This document shows positions 49,945 to 62,737 of a stretch of DNA of 64,000 bases, in pieces. Made by a program: the position numbers and the translations under genes. The number at the start of each line of letters is the position of its first letter. The first letter of the stretch is position 1. The stretch covers positions 560,001 through 624,000 of the forward strand of contig MU058206.1 in assembly GCA_013265495.1 (NCBI GenBank). Reading direction: 5' to 3'. The notes beneath the pieces are model-generated. The model worked only from the letters and a program-made list of their open reading frames with translations, was not told where the DNA came from and ran no database searches. The stretch comes from Vicugna vicugna (Eukaryota).

Positions 49945-50840
49945 ACGCAGAGTTCTCCCTCCTTAAAAATCTCTCCATTCACTGGCTCGGATCCAGCTGC
50001 TCTCTCCTCACCTGCCTCACCACCTCTGCGAAGCTGGGCAGCAGCCTCCCTACTCCTCTCTATGCCCATGTCTACCTGCTTCCTCAAAAGGCCAGGGCAG
50101 CCTTCCGAATGCATGCGGGCTCCTTCCACCTGGCTCTGCCCCTGGCGCAGCGGCCCCCCTCACCTGGGCAGGACCCGAGCCCCCGGCCGCCTTCCTGGGC
50201 TCCGGGGCTGGGCTCGTTCGGCTCCGCATGGATCCACGCTCTGCTGGCCCGACACCACCGGCTCTTCCCACGTGTGACTCTCCAGCATAGACGACTCCTG
50301 TCGCTCATGCTCACACACCTCTGCCACGTGTGCCCCTCCCCGGCCACTCACTGTCCCCAGTCACTTCTGTAGATTCGTTTTCCTCCGAGTCTCTAAAATC
50401 CGGGGCTTTTCCCGCCTGTCCCCAACTGTCCTGTTTCTGGTCTACCTTTCTGGAATGGGTGCCCCACCCCCTCCAGGCCAAATCCCAGGCAAGCTGCCTG
50501 CACCCACCCTGGGAGGCAGGAGCCCCCTTAACTCTGCAGCCTTGACAGGGCTTTGGACCACGAGTTCTAATGCTCTTGGAAGCCTTGGTGCTGGCACCCC
50601 TCCTCTGCCCAGAGCATTCTCCTCCACCTGCTGCCCAACTCCTACTCTCCCTTATGTGTCTCCAACTCCTCATCCTGCCCAGACTCGCCCTGTCAGGGTT
50701 CTCCCACAAGACTCTACCAGAGCCCATGCCCTGCCTGGCTGGTGGCCCCCTCCCATCCCACCCTCCAACGGAGCCCTGGTCTGTCATCTTCATCCTGGCT
50801 CAGGGCCTGGTGCAGAGTGGATGCTCAGTGAATATGCTGG
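49945..50840 (+). mobile_element. Old L2 LINE fragment
   Basis: CCCTCCTTAAAAATCTCTCC..., CTCTGCCCAGAGCATTCTCC and the 3' end CAGGGCCTGGTGCAGAGTGGATGCTCAGTGAATA. Confidence 0.55.
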
Positions 50841-50849
50841 GAGAGTAAC

Positions 50850-51070
50850 TGGAGCTCTTGAGAGTTTGGGCCCTGGGCTTAGACTTTCAATTCAAATCCC
50901 AACCTTTCCTTCTTACAGCTGTGTGACTCTGGGCAACTTACTTACCTTCTCTGTGCCTCAGTTTCCTCAGCTCTAAAATGGGGCTAATAATAGATCTTTT
51001 CTGAGGTTGTTGTGAGAACTTAAAGCAGTATCCGGCATAAATGATATTAGGTATTTTATAATTACTATTA
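50850..51070 (+). mobile_element. MIR SINE
   Basis: TTCAAATCCC..CAGCTGTGTGACTCTGGGCAACTTACTTACCTTCTCTGTGCCTCAGTTTCCTCAGCTCTAAAATGGGG. Confidence 0.8.
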
Positions 51071-51439
51071 ACCTTATTTCTGCTGTTAGTTTACTGTTTC
51101 ATATATGTCTCTTCCACTAAACAGCAGACTTTTTAGGTGTGGGAGGAATCCTCAATTCCTAACTCCCTAGGGCCCTGCCCAAAGCATGCCAGCTGTCCCT
51201 TGGGTCCTGCCCTGAGAATTCAGTATTCTGTGAAGCTCCCTTACCTGGCCCCAACCAACATCCTGGCCCCTGGCAGTGTTCCCACCCCACTCCCCTGTCC
51301 TGAGGGCTGATGTAGCCCTGAAAGCCTGGCCCTCTGCTCACTCATTCCAGAACAGTCCCAAAAATCCAAGGGGAGATATTCTGTCTTCTACCACATCTCC
51401 CATCCTGCAGCCCCTTCTCAGAAATTTCAAAGCCCAGAG

Positions 51440-51640
51440 AGCTGTTTCTAGAGCTCTGGATTTGGAGAGAGGAACCCTGTTCAGGAAGCCACTGAACAGC
51501 TGTGTGACTTTGGACAGGTCGCTCTACCTTTCTGAGCTTTACTTTTCCACACCTGTAAAATGGGAATAAACCCAGTCCTGCTTCCCTCATAGAGTTGTCC
51601 TGATGCTCAGTTGCATAAACTGGAGACAGGGTGCTTTGTA
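51440..51640 (+). mobile_element. MIR SINE
   Basis: CAGCTGTGTGACTTTGGACAGG..CTGTAAAATGGGAATAA..CCTCATAGAGTTGT. Confidence 0.7.
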
Positions 51641-52470
51641 AACAGGCAGTGTGAAGAAATGCAAGGCACAGTTACCATGGAGTTGGAAGTGTGGATCAGG
51701 ACCAAGCCTGCAGGCGTCTGCGGTCAAGGCTGTGCCAAGGGTGTGACTACTGGGCTCTGGGTCCTCCAGCAAACTGTTGTGAGGTGGGGTTGACTGGGGA
51801 AAAGCCTAAGCCCAAGCTTTGTCCAGAGTCACTCAAGGACTACTGCTTGGTCCCTGTGTCCCCGCCACCTGCTCTCACCACTTCTCCAAAGTACCTTCAC
51901 ATGCCCCTGAGGGCCCCAAGATTCCTACTGAATCCTGATGCTCAGAGGCGCTGCCATGTCTGACTGTCAGCTCCAACGCTCCTTCCCCGCCCCCCACCCC
52001 GCGCCCGTGACCCAGTCCAGCTGAATTAGGAATTTCCTAACATTAGTCATGAATCTTTCAGTTGCAAATGCCAACAGCTTAACTCAAAGTGACTTAAGCC
52101 GAAAATTAAATCTATTTGGGTTGTTTAACCAAAAAGTCAAAACACAACTGGGTCTATGGGCTAAAATGATACCAGGAAGACTCAGTTTCTCTGTCTCTTT
52201 TGCTTTTCTTTGAAATGGCTTTTTTTTTCAATCTGGCTCCATGTGGTGGTCTCAAGCCGCTCCAGGTTTATTTTCTAAAACCTAAGCAACCCCAGAAGAA
52301 AAACAAAAAAGCCTCTTTCACAATAGTTTCAGAAAAAAAAGTCCCAGCGTTGACCTATATTAAGCTAACTTGAGCCCTTCCCTAAACCAATGACTGTGGC
52401 CAAGCAAATGAAATATGCTGATTGACCTGGGCGCATGCCCACATCAGCGACACATAAACCGAGACTTGGA

Positions 52471-52620
52471 GGAGGGGAGGGCATAGCTCAGGGGTAGAGT
52501 GCAGGCTTACCATGCACGAGGTCCTAGGTTCAATTCTCAGTACCTCCATTAAAAAATAAATAATTAAGCCTAATTACCCCCCCAAAAAAAACCCAAAAAA
52601 TAAAATAAAAGTTTATAAAA
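52471..52620 (+). mobile_element. tRNA-derived SINE (Vic-1-like)
   Basis: GGGGAGGGCATAGCTCAGGGGTAGAG...GAGGTCCTAGGTTCAATTC, CCTAATTACCCCCC and an A-rich tail. Confidence 0.9.
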
Positions 52621-52854
52621 AGAATTGGGGAGGGGCAGTTCCTCTAAATAAAATCTGGATGCTATTTCTGGAGGAAGAAGGAATGAATATTAGGGAAGCC
52701 AGAAGCAATGGATGTCCAAAACATTCCACACCTTGGCTGGTAGCATATATACACACACATACATATATATTTATATATATATAAAATACTTACATATACT
52801 TATGTACATTCTTATATATTATATATGCTTATATACATACGCATAATATTTATA

Positions 52855-54620
52855 AACTTTTTATCACCATCTTGTCTTCTCATTTGGAAATCATTTCAAA
52901 TTTACAGAAAAGTTCCAAGATTAGTACAAAGAGCTTTTTTTTTCCTGAAGCATTTGAGGGTAAATTGCTAACATGACGTCCCACCATCCACAAGTACTTC
53001 AGTATAAATCCCACAAACAATGACATTCTCTGAAATAACCACAAGGCAACCATACAAATTATAGATCTATTACTATAATTTATTCATGTTTCACCATTTG
53101 TCCCAATAAAGTTCTTCATAGCAAAAAGACCCGATTCAGTATCATGCTTTGCATTTGGTTGCCATGCCTCTTTAGTCTCTTTCAGCGTGGAAAGAGACCA
53201 CATTGAAAGCAGTCTTTTCTTGCCGATCATGACTTCATAAATTTTGAAGGTTATAGGCCAGCGATTTCATAGAGTACCCTTCACGTCGGGTTTGTCTGTT
53301 TCCTCATGATTAGATTCAAGTTATGCATTTTAGGCAGGAACATCACAGGAGTAATGCTATGTTCTCACTGCATCTTATCAGGTGATTAGTGACTTTAGTT
53401 TGCCCCATTAATGATGATGTTAATTTTGATCTTTTGATTAAAATAGTGTCTACCACATTTATCTACTGTAAAGTTACTTATTTTTCCATTATAATTAACA
53501 AATTTGGGGGGTACTTTTGTAAGGTACTATGTAAAGTCCCATTCATCATCCAATTTGGACCCATTAATTTTTGCATCCAATGATATCTCTTAGCTGAAAT
53601 ATTCTGTATTATGATAGTGCCCTAATGTTGGTGATCTAATGCCGTCATTCCTTTTGTCATTGTACTCAGTGGAAAAGCTTTATATTTCCTTCTTTATATC
53701 AGTATTAAGATTATTATTTTGATGCTCAAATTGTCCAGATTCTACCAGTGGGAGCCTCTTCAAGCTGACGTCTGTCTTTTTTGTTTCTGATATGGGCTGA
53801 ATCATGTCCCACCCCCACCAATTTATGTTGAAGTCCTAACACCCAGTGTAACTGTACTTGGAAATTTAGCCTTTAAAGAGGTAATTAAGGTTAAATAAGG
53901 TCATAAGGCTGGGAGTCCGATCCAATAGGACTGGTGTTCTTATAAGAGGAGGAAAAGACACCAGGATGGCCAAGGGAAAGGCCATGTGAAGACACAGCCA
54001 GAAGGTGGCCATCCATAAGCCAAAGAAAGGAGCCTCAGGGGAAATCAAACCTACCAACACCTTGATCTTGGACTTCTGGCTTTCGAGAACCCTGAGAAAA
54101 GTAATTTCTGTTGTTTAAGCCGTTCAGTCTGTGGTATTTTATGTCAGGCCTAGCAAATGAATATAGTCCCTATCATTCTTTGAGCAATTGCTTACTTTCT
54201 GGCATAAGATGTTCCAGGCTCATTTTGTATTTTACCTGCCCCAGCCCTGGGGCCAATAATTTCTCCAAAGAGTTCTAGTTCTTTTTAGCGGAAAATGGTA
54301 CTTAGAAACCAAGGTATGAGTGCTAGGCGCTCGTTGCTATTGCAATGCCACTGTTCCCAAGACTTCTCAAGGGATGGACCTGGGGAAACACATAAACCTA
54401 TACATATTCACGTCAGTATTTATTTCTTTATCCGTATATGTTGAAAATTACAGGTTCATACAGATACCTCCAATTCTAATCCAACACAATAGGATTCATT
54501 CTAGTTTTCTCCCTTTCCCTTATTTGTAATGTCCTCCAGCAGCAAGAAACCTGGATTCCATTATCCTTAATATATTTATTTATTTGATCAGTTCTCCTCT
54601 TTACAACCAGTTTCTGTCTC
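52855..54620 (-). mobile_element. L1MC-type 3' fragments (reverse), interrupted by an MLT1A LTR
   Basis: TTTGGAAATCATTTCAAATTTACAGAAAAGTT, TTTGCATTTGGTTGCCATG, TCCTCATGATTAGATTCAAGTTATGCATT, AAGATGTTCCAGGCTCATTTTG..CCAGCCCTGG. Confidence 0.75.
53788..54165 (+). mobile_element. MaLR LTR (MLT1A-like solo LTR)
   Basis: TGATATGGGCTGAAT...TATGTTGAAGTCCTAACACCCAG...CCTTGATCTTGGACTTCT...TTTCTGTTGTTTAAGCC...CTGTGGTATTTT...CCTAGCAAATGAATA. Confidence 0.85.
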
Positions 54621-56852
54621 TGCTGCTACTTCATTCTTGGTAGATACCGTCCACTCTCTGCTTGGACTCTGTTATCCCATTCCAGGCCACCCATCTGCAT
54701 GGATGCCCTCCCATACTAGTCAGGCTGACTCCTCACACTGGGCCACCCTTACTCTTCTCAGGCTGACACCTCACACCTGGCCACTCTATATGCATGGAAC
54801 CCTTCTTAACAATACTGTGGTTCTGACTTCCCATGCCAGATCATCCCTATGCAGAGATCCTCTCCTCCACTAGGCTCTAATAACCTGCATGGACCATTCC
54901 ACTGCATGGATGCCCTCACTCCCATCAGGCTGACTAATGATACCATCCACCCCATCCTCCACGGTGGATGCCTCACTGCCCAACGCTGGCTCTGATTCTT
55001 TGCTCTGGACCACTGTGGCTCTCACCAGCACCACCACAGGCACTTACCTTGCTCTGGCTCACCCAGCGGCTATAGGGCTGAATTGTTCAGGTATGGAAGG
55101 AAAGGAAAAGAAGGAAATAAAGGGGAAATGAAAGAGGGAATGGGGAAAGAGAGAGGAAGAGAAATTTTAAAAATTGATCTGTAGCATATTTGGTATATAA
55201 AATGCACAAATGTTAAGCTCATTCACACCTCAGTGAATTTTTACAAAGCAAAAAACATTGCTAACACCTTAGAAGTCTCCTTCATACCCCATCCAATTAT
55301 TGCCCTCCCCAGGATAAACCAACTTCTGTCACTCTGGAATAACTTTTCTTATTTTTTAACTTTATGTAAATGGAAACATATAATATATTGTTTTGTTTGT
55401 GACTGGCTTCATTTACACAATATTATATTTATGAGATTTATCCATATTGTTACATGTAGCAGTAGTTTGTTCTTTAGCATTGCTGTATAGTATTCCATTG
55501 AATGGATATGCAGCTATTTATCTATCCATTTATTATTGATGGCTCTTTATCATGAGGAGTAATGTGGCTACTAATAAACTTGCAATGCCCTTTTGGTATA
55601 TATGTGTGTGTGTGTGTGCACTTCTGTTGGATATGTACTGAAGAGTGGAACAGCTAGATTATACAGAATGCATATGTTTAGCTTTAGTAGTTATTGTCAG
55701 TTTTTTCTAAAGTGGTTGCACAAATTTATATTGCTTCCAGCAGTATGAGAGTTCCAGTAGCCACATCCTTGTCAGTATTGTCAGTCTTTTTAATTTTAGT
55801 CATCTTGGTCAATGTGTAGTGGTATTTCATTGTGGTATTAATTTGAATTTCTCTATGTTGAATATCTTTCCATGCATTTATTAGATATTTGGATACTTTC
55901 TTTTATGAAAAACATGTGAAGTTTTTGTTCATTTAAAAAAGGGATTGTCTGCCTTTTTCTCTTATTTTGTAGGATAATTTTAATAAATTCTGGATATAAG
56001 ACCTCTGTCAGATACATATGTTGAAGATATCTATCACTCTGTGACTCAACTTCTCACTCAATGATATCTTTTGATAAAAAGAAGTCTTTTATTTTACTGA
56101 ACTACAATGTATTAATTTATTATTAGCTATGTGTGTGTTGTTGTTTAAGAATTCTTTGCCTAATGTCAAGGTCATGAACTTACTGTCTTTTGTTATTTTC
56201 CATGGTTTTCTTCTAGAAGCTTTCCTTTTCTTTTGCTGTTCACATTTAGTTTTTATAAATGCAATTTTAAGTTTTAACAAAGATATATATGAACATGGTT
56301 TAAGAGGCAAAGAATTTACAAGGCATGTAAAGAAAAGCAGCAGTCTCATACCTCTTCAGACTTAATTTCCTCTCCCCAGAGTCAGTGATTTTCAACTCAC
56401 TCAGCTGACGTTTTTGAGAGAGCTTCTCCTTATCGCTAAATAACAAGTTTTGTTGCCAATTCTTGATTTTTCAGTTGTGGGCATTCTCTTTTGACTTCCT
56501 TGTATGGAAGATGAGGAGTTACTTCTTTTCAACTCCTCCCCTCTACTACACTCAGTCCCACTTCCAGTCTCACTAACCTCCCAACATGTAATGTTAATTT
56601 TGGTTAGGCCAATATTCAGTGTTTACTCTGAATGTGTAATTGGTATTGGTGTCTGAACTGTGCAGTGTACTATGATCACTTCTCCTTTTTGTTCTCCTGG
56701 AGTTAATCTTGCTTTGTTTTTGCTGACATTCATTTAATTTTCTATGGAATGACCACTATTTCAACCTCAGTTGTCCAAATTCCCTGTCAAGACATTGAGG
56801 CACATCAAAGTTTCTGTCAGTTTCCTCTTCTTGAAGCAACTTCCTCTGCAGG

Positions 56853-57025
56853 CTTTTTGTTTGTTTGTTTGGTTGTTTTTTTTTTTGATCAGAGGGAGGG
56901 GTGATTAGGTTTATTTATTTATTTGGTTATTTATTTATTTGTTTGTTTTAATAGAGGTACTGGAGATTGAACCCAGGACCTCATGTATGCTAAGCACACA
57001 CTCTGCCACTGAGCTATATGCCCCT
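56853..57025 (-). mobile_element. tRNA-derived SINE (Vic-1-like)
   Basis: Reverse complement GGGGCATATAGCTCAGTGGCAGAG...GAGGTCCTGGGTTCAATCTCCAGTACCTC with an (AAAT)n/(AAAC)n tail. Confidence 0.9.
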
Positions 57026-60000
57026 CAGACCTTTGATTCACACCAATCCTGACTAATCGCTCCCTAGCTCCAGTGAACAACTCTCATACTGGAACTTCCT
57101 TTCACCATCCTCTTTAGGATTCCCTTTGCCTTGTTCTTACATGTGATTCCCTCATTTCTTAAAGCTCATGTCTTCTTTTTTTCTTGTTTTATTCTCTTGT
57201 TTCTTAGAAGTGTATCCTCCAATAAGTTCTTGAGAAGGAGTACAAAGGGATATACTTCCTGAAACTCTGAATATTGAAAATGACTTTAACTTATCCTCAT
57301 ATTTGATTGATAATTTTGCTTAGTATAGAATTCTAGGTGCCAAATAATTTTCCTTTAGAATTTTGAAGGCATATTTTGATTGTTCTTCACATGTGGATTA
57401 ATGATTCATCTAGGACTAGTTCTTCTGTACAGAGTGAGGTAGGAGTCAAAGTTCATTTTTGTTCCCATATGGATATTAAATTTATCCAATACCACTTATT
57501 ATAAAGAACACTCTTCTTGCTCATCATACCATTGGACTATATGGGTGTGGGTCTGTTTCTAGACTCTCCATTGTGTTCCATTAGTCTATTTGTCAACAAG
57601 TTTGCCAATACTACCTGTTTAAATTATTGTAGCTTTGTAATAAGTCTTACTAACAGATAGTTTAAATCCTCCAACTTTGTAGTTCTTTAAGATCATCTTT
57701 GTCATTCATGGCTTTTTGCATTTCCATATACATTTTAAAATTAGCTTGTCAATTTCTACCAAAAAAAATCAGGATTTTTATTCAGTTAAAAAAAAAAGAT
57801 TTGAGATTTATTTCACATGCCATACAAATCACCCGTTTAAAAGTGTATAATTCAATGGACTTCAATTTTTTTTGCAGAGTTGTGTAACCATCTCCACAAT
57901 CAATTTTAGAATATTTTCATCACCCTTCAAGAAAAACCTCATGCTCATTAGCAGTCACTCCTCTCCCCAAACCCCACTCCCAGCTCTCAGTAATCATCAA
58001 TTCTATTTTTTGTCTTTATAGATTTGCCTATTCTGAACATTTTACATAAATATGAAATGGGTGGTCTTTTGTGACTTCTTTCATTTAACAAAATGTTTGT
58101 AAAGTTCATCCATGTTGTAGCACGTATCAGTACTTCATTCTGTTTCATGGCTAAATAATATTTCATTATATGGATGTACCGCATTGTACTTATCCATTCG
58201 TGAATTAATGGTTATCTGGGTTGTTTCAATATTTGGGCTATCAAGAATAATGCCACTGAACATTCATGTGCAATATTCTGTGTGGACATGGTTTCATTTC
58301 CTTTGGGAAATTAGAATTGCTTATTAAATATTCGAATTTCTGGGTCACATGGTAATATTATATCTATCCTTTGGAGGAAGAGCCAAACTGTTTTCCAAAC
58401 AGATTGCACCATTTAACGTTCCCATCAGCAGTGTACAAGATTTTATTGAGGTTGAATTGAATCTGTAGATCAGTTGGGGGAAGAACTGACTACTTTACAA
58501 TACTAATACTACCAATCTGTGAATACAGTATATGTCTATTTTTTTTAAGTCTTCTTTTCCTCTCAGTAATATTCTGTAGTTTTATGTGTAGAATCATGAC
58601 TATACTTTGTTGGATTTGTTTCTGGGTTTTTTTTTTAATTAAAAAAATGCTACTGTTGATGTAATTTTTAAAATTTTCTAATTGCTTACTGTCCGCTTAT
58701 AAAAATACAATTGATTATTGTATTCTGACCTTGTTTCCAAAACCTTGCTAAATTTATTCATTCTTACAGCATATCCATAGTATTTTTTTAGTTTCCAACA
58801 TACATAATCATGCTATCAGTGAATAGCCACAGGTTTTTTTGTTCTTTACCAAGCCTCACATCTTCTATTTCTTTTTCTTGCCTTATTGCACTGGATATGA
58901 CTTCCCATTACAATACTAAATAGAAGTGGCGATGGTAGACATCCTCAATTTGTTCTAATTTCAAGTAGATATTTTTCAATACTTTACCATTAAGTGTGAA
59001 ATTTGCTGTAGATTTTTCTGTTTGATATTATCAGATTAAGAAAATCTCCTTTATTCCTAGCTTGGTAAAAAAAATGTTATCATAAATAAATGTTTTTTTA
59101 TGAAATTTTTCACATATATTGAAAAATGACTTTACTCCTTTATACTTTTAATATGGAGAATTACATAATTTGTTTTCAAATGTGAAGCCAACCTCTCATT
59201 CCTGGAATAAATTCAAATTTGTCATGATGCATTGTCATGTTTATATAATACTGGATTTGGTTTCTATTATTTTGTTTAGGATTTATACATATGTTTTTAC
59301 AGAAATTCTTCTGTAATTATCCTTTTTTCAGAGTCCTAGTTTGCTCTTGATATCAAGGTTATGCTGCCCTCATCCAAAAAGTTAGGAAGTGCTTTTCATT
59401 TTTCTCCTCTATTCTCTGTAAGAGTTTCTCTGTAAGAAAAATTTGTGTTATTTCTTTCTTTTTTTTTCAAAAGTAAAATATCTTGTATCTACCATTATTC
59501 TACAGAATAACTCAACTGCCCCCTAAATCCCACATTCCACCTCCCTTCCTTCCCTTGGGAACCACTGATCTTTTTACTGTTTCTATAGTTTGCCTTTTCC
59601 AGATTGTTGGACTCAGTATGTAGCTTTTTCAGACTGGCTCTTTTCACCTAGTAATATGTATTTAAGGCCACTTCATGTCTTTTCATGGCTTGACAGGTCA
59701 TTTCTTTTTAGTGCTGAATAACATTCCATTATCTAGATATACCACAGTTTATCTATTCACCTACTGAGGACATCATGGTTCCTTCCAAGTTCTAGCAATT
59801 ATGAATAAAGCTGCTATAAACATTCTTGTTTAGGCTTTTGTGTGGACATAAGTTTTCAATCATTTGGGTAAATACCAAAGGACACAATTTGCTGGATCAT
59901 ATGGTAAGAGTATGTTTAGATTTGGAAGAGACCACAAAACTGTCTTCTAAAGTAGCTATACCATTTTCCATTTCTACCAACAATGAATGTTCCTGTTTTC

Positions 60001-62564
60001 CACATCCTTACTGATGTTGTCAGTGTTTTGGATCTTGGACATTCTAATAGGTGTGTAGTTGTATCTTGTTGTTTTAATTTTCAGTGCCTTAGTGACATGT
60101 GATGTTGAGCATCTTCTCATATTCTTCTTTTCCATCTGTATTTCTTCTTTGGTGAGTTGTCTGTTTGGATCTTTGGCCCATTTTAAAATTGGATTATTCA
60201 TTTTCTTAAGGTTGAGTTTTAAGAGTTCTTTATACATTTTAGTAACAGTCCTTTATCAAATATGTCTTTTATAAATATTTTCTCCTAATCCGTGGCTTGC
60301 CTTCTCATTCTCTTGACAGTGTCTTTTGCAGAATAGAAGAATTTTCATTTTATTGAAATTCAGCTTATCAAGTCTTTCTTTCATGGATCATGCCTTTGGC
60401 ATACCTAAAAAGTCATCACCATACCCAAGGTTGTCTCTTACGTTATCATCTAGGAGTTTCATAGTTTTGCATCTTACATTTAAGTCTATGATTAATTCTG
60501 AGTTAATTTTTGTGAAGGGTGATAAGTCTGTGTGTAGATATACTTAATTTCACATGGATGTCCAGTTGTTCCAGCACCATTTATTTAAAAGACTATTTTT
60601 GCTCCATTGTATTGCCTTTATTCTTTTCTCAAAGGTCAGTTGACCATATTTATGTAGATCTATTTCTGGGCTCTCTAGGCTTTTCCATTGATCTACTTGT
60701 CAATGCTTTCACTGATAATATACTCTCTTCACTACTATAGCTTTATAGTGAATCTTCAAGTTGGGTAATATCAATCCTCTGACTATGTTCTTCTACTTCA
60801 ATATTGTTTTCCCAATTTTAGATCTTCTGCTTCTCCATATAAACTTTATGATTAGTTTATTGATGTCCACAGAATAACTTGCTGGGATTTGGATTGAAAT
60901 TGCTTTGAATCTGTAGATCAAATTGGGAAGAACTGATTTCATCAGTATTGCATCTTCCTGTTCATGAACATGGAATAGCACTACATCCATTTAGTTCTTT
61001 GACTACTTCTATCAAAGTTTTGTCATTTTCCTCATATAGATCTTGTACATATTTTGTTAGGTTTCTGCCCAAGTATTTCTTTTTGTGGGTGCTAATATTG
61101 TGAGTTCTTTTTTTCAAATTTCACTTGTGCATTGCTAGTATATAGGAAAGTAATTAACTTTTGTTTAGTAACCTTGTATCCTGCAAACTTGCTATAACCA
61201 CTTATTAGTTACAGGAGGTTTTGTTTTTTGGTCAGTTCTTTCAGATTTTGTACATAGACGATCATGTCATCTGTGAACTTTTTTTCCTTCCCAATCAGTA
61301 TACATTTTATTTCCTTTTCTTGTCTTAATGCATTAGCTAGGTCTTCCAATACAGTGTTGAAAAAGTGTGGTGAGAAGTGACATCCTTGCCTTGTTCCTGA
61401 TCTTAACAAGAAAGCTTCAAGTTTTTCACCATTAAGTATGGTGTTTAGCTGTAGGGTTTTTGTTTTTAACTTTTTTTATTTAAGTATAATTGATTTACCA
61501 TGTTTCAGGTGTACAGCAAAGTGATTCAGTGTATGTATATACACATATATATATTTTTCAGATTATTTTCCATTATAGGTTATCACAAAATATTGAATAC
61601 AGTTCTCTGTGCTATACAGTAGGTCCTTGTTGTTTATAGATTTTTGTTGATATGCTTTATCAAGAGGAGAAAGTTTCCCTCTATTTCTAGTTTTCTGAGA
61701 ATATTTATCATGAGTGGGTGTTGGATTTTGTCAAACACTTTTTCTGTATCTAGTAATATGATCATGTGATTTTTATTCTTTAGCCTGTTGATATGATGGA
61801 TTAAATTAATTGATTTCAAATACTGAATCAGCTTTGCATACCTGAAATAAGTCCCACTTGGTCATGGTGTGCAATTCTTTTGATCCATTGTTAGATTTGA
61901 TTTGCTAATATTTTGCTGAGGATTTTTGCATCTATGTAATGTTTCTGTCATACATGAGCATACATATATTTCTTTTCATATTCTTTTTCATAATAGGTTA
62001 CAAGTTATTGAATATAGTTCCCTGTGCTATACAGTATAAACTTGTTTAACTATTTTTTATACAGCAGTTAGTATCTGCAAAGGGTCTTGTTTTTTGATCC
62101 ACTCTGATTATTTGTCTTTTAATTGAGGTATTTGGATTATTGATATTTAAAGTGGTTATTGGTATAGTTGGATTCATATCTACCATACTTGTTACTGTTT
62201 TATATTCGCTGCCCTTGTTCTTTGTTCCTATTTTTGTCTTCCGCAATTTTTCTGCCTTTTGTACTTTAAATGGAGCATTTTATATGGTTCCATTTTTCTT
62301 TCCTCTCTTAGCATATTAATAATATTTCTTTTTTTAGTGGTTGCCTTAATGTTTGCAACATACCTTTACAGCTAATCCAGGTCCACTTTCAAATAACTAT
62401 ACAGCTTCATGTGTAGTATGGGTACCTTATAAAAACAAAATAATCCCAATTCTTCCCAGTCCCTTGTATTATTGCTGTCACTCATTTCACTTACACACAC
62501 ATAAGCATATATAATCAAATACATTGTTGCTTTTATTATCTTCCACAAAATTTGTCATTCCTTA

Positions 62565-62737
62565 CCCCTTGTTCTATTCAGTCTCTCAACAGATTGGATG
62601 ATGCTTTATTCATTCTGCTGAGTCAAACGCTAATCTCTTCCAGAAATATCCTCAGACACACCCCCAAAATAATGTTTTACCAACTGTCTAGGCATCCCCT
62701 AGCCCAATCAAACTGACACATAAAATCAGCCATCACA
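62565..62737 (-). mobile_element. MLT2 (ERVL) LTR fragment within the L1 cluster
   Basis: Minus-strand start TGTGATGGCTGATTTTATGTGTCAGTTTGATTGGGCTAGGGGATGCC. Confidence 0.8.
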
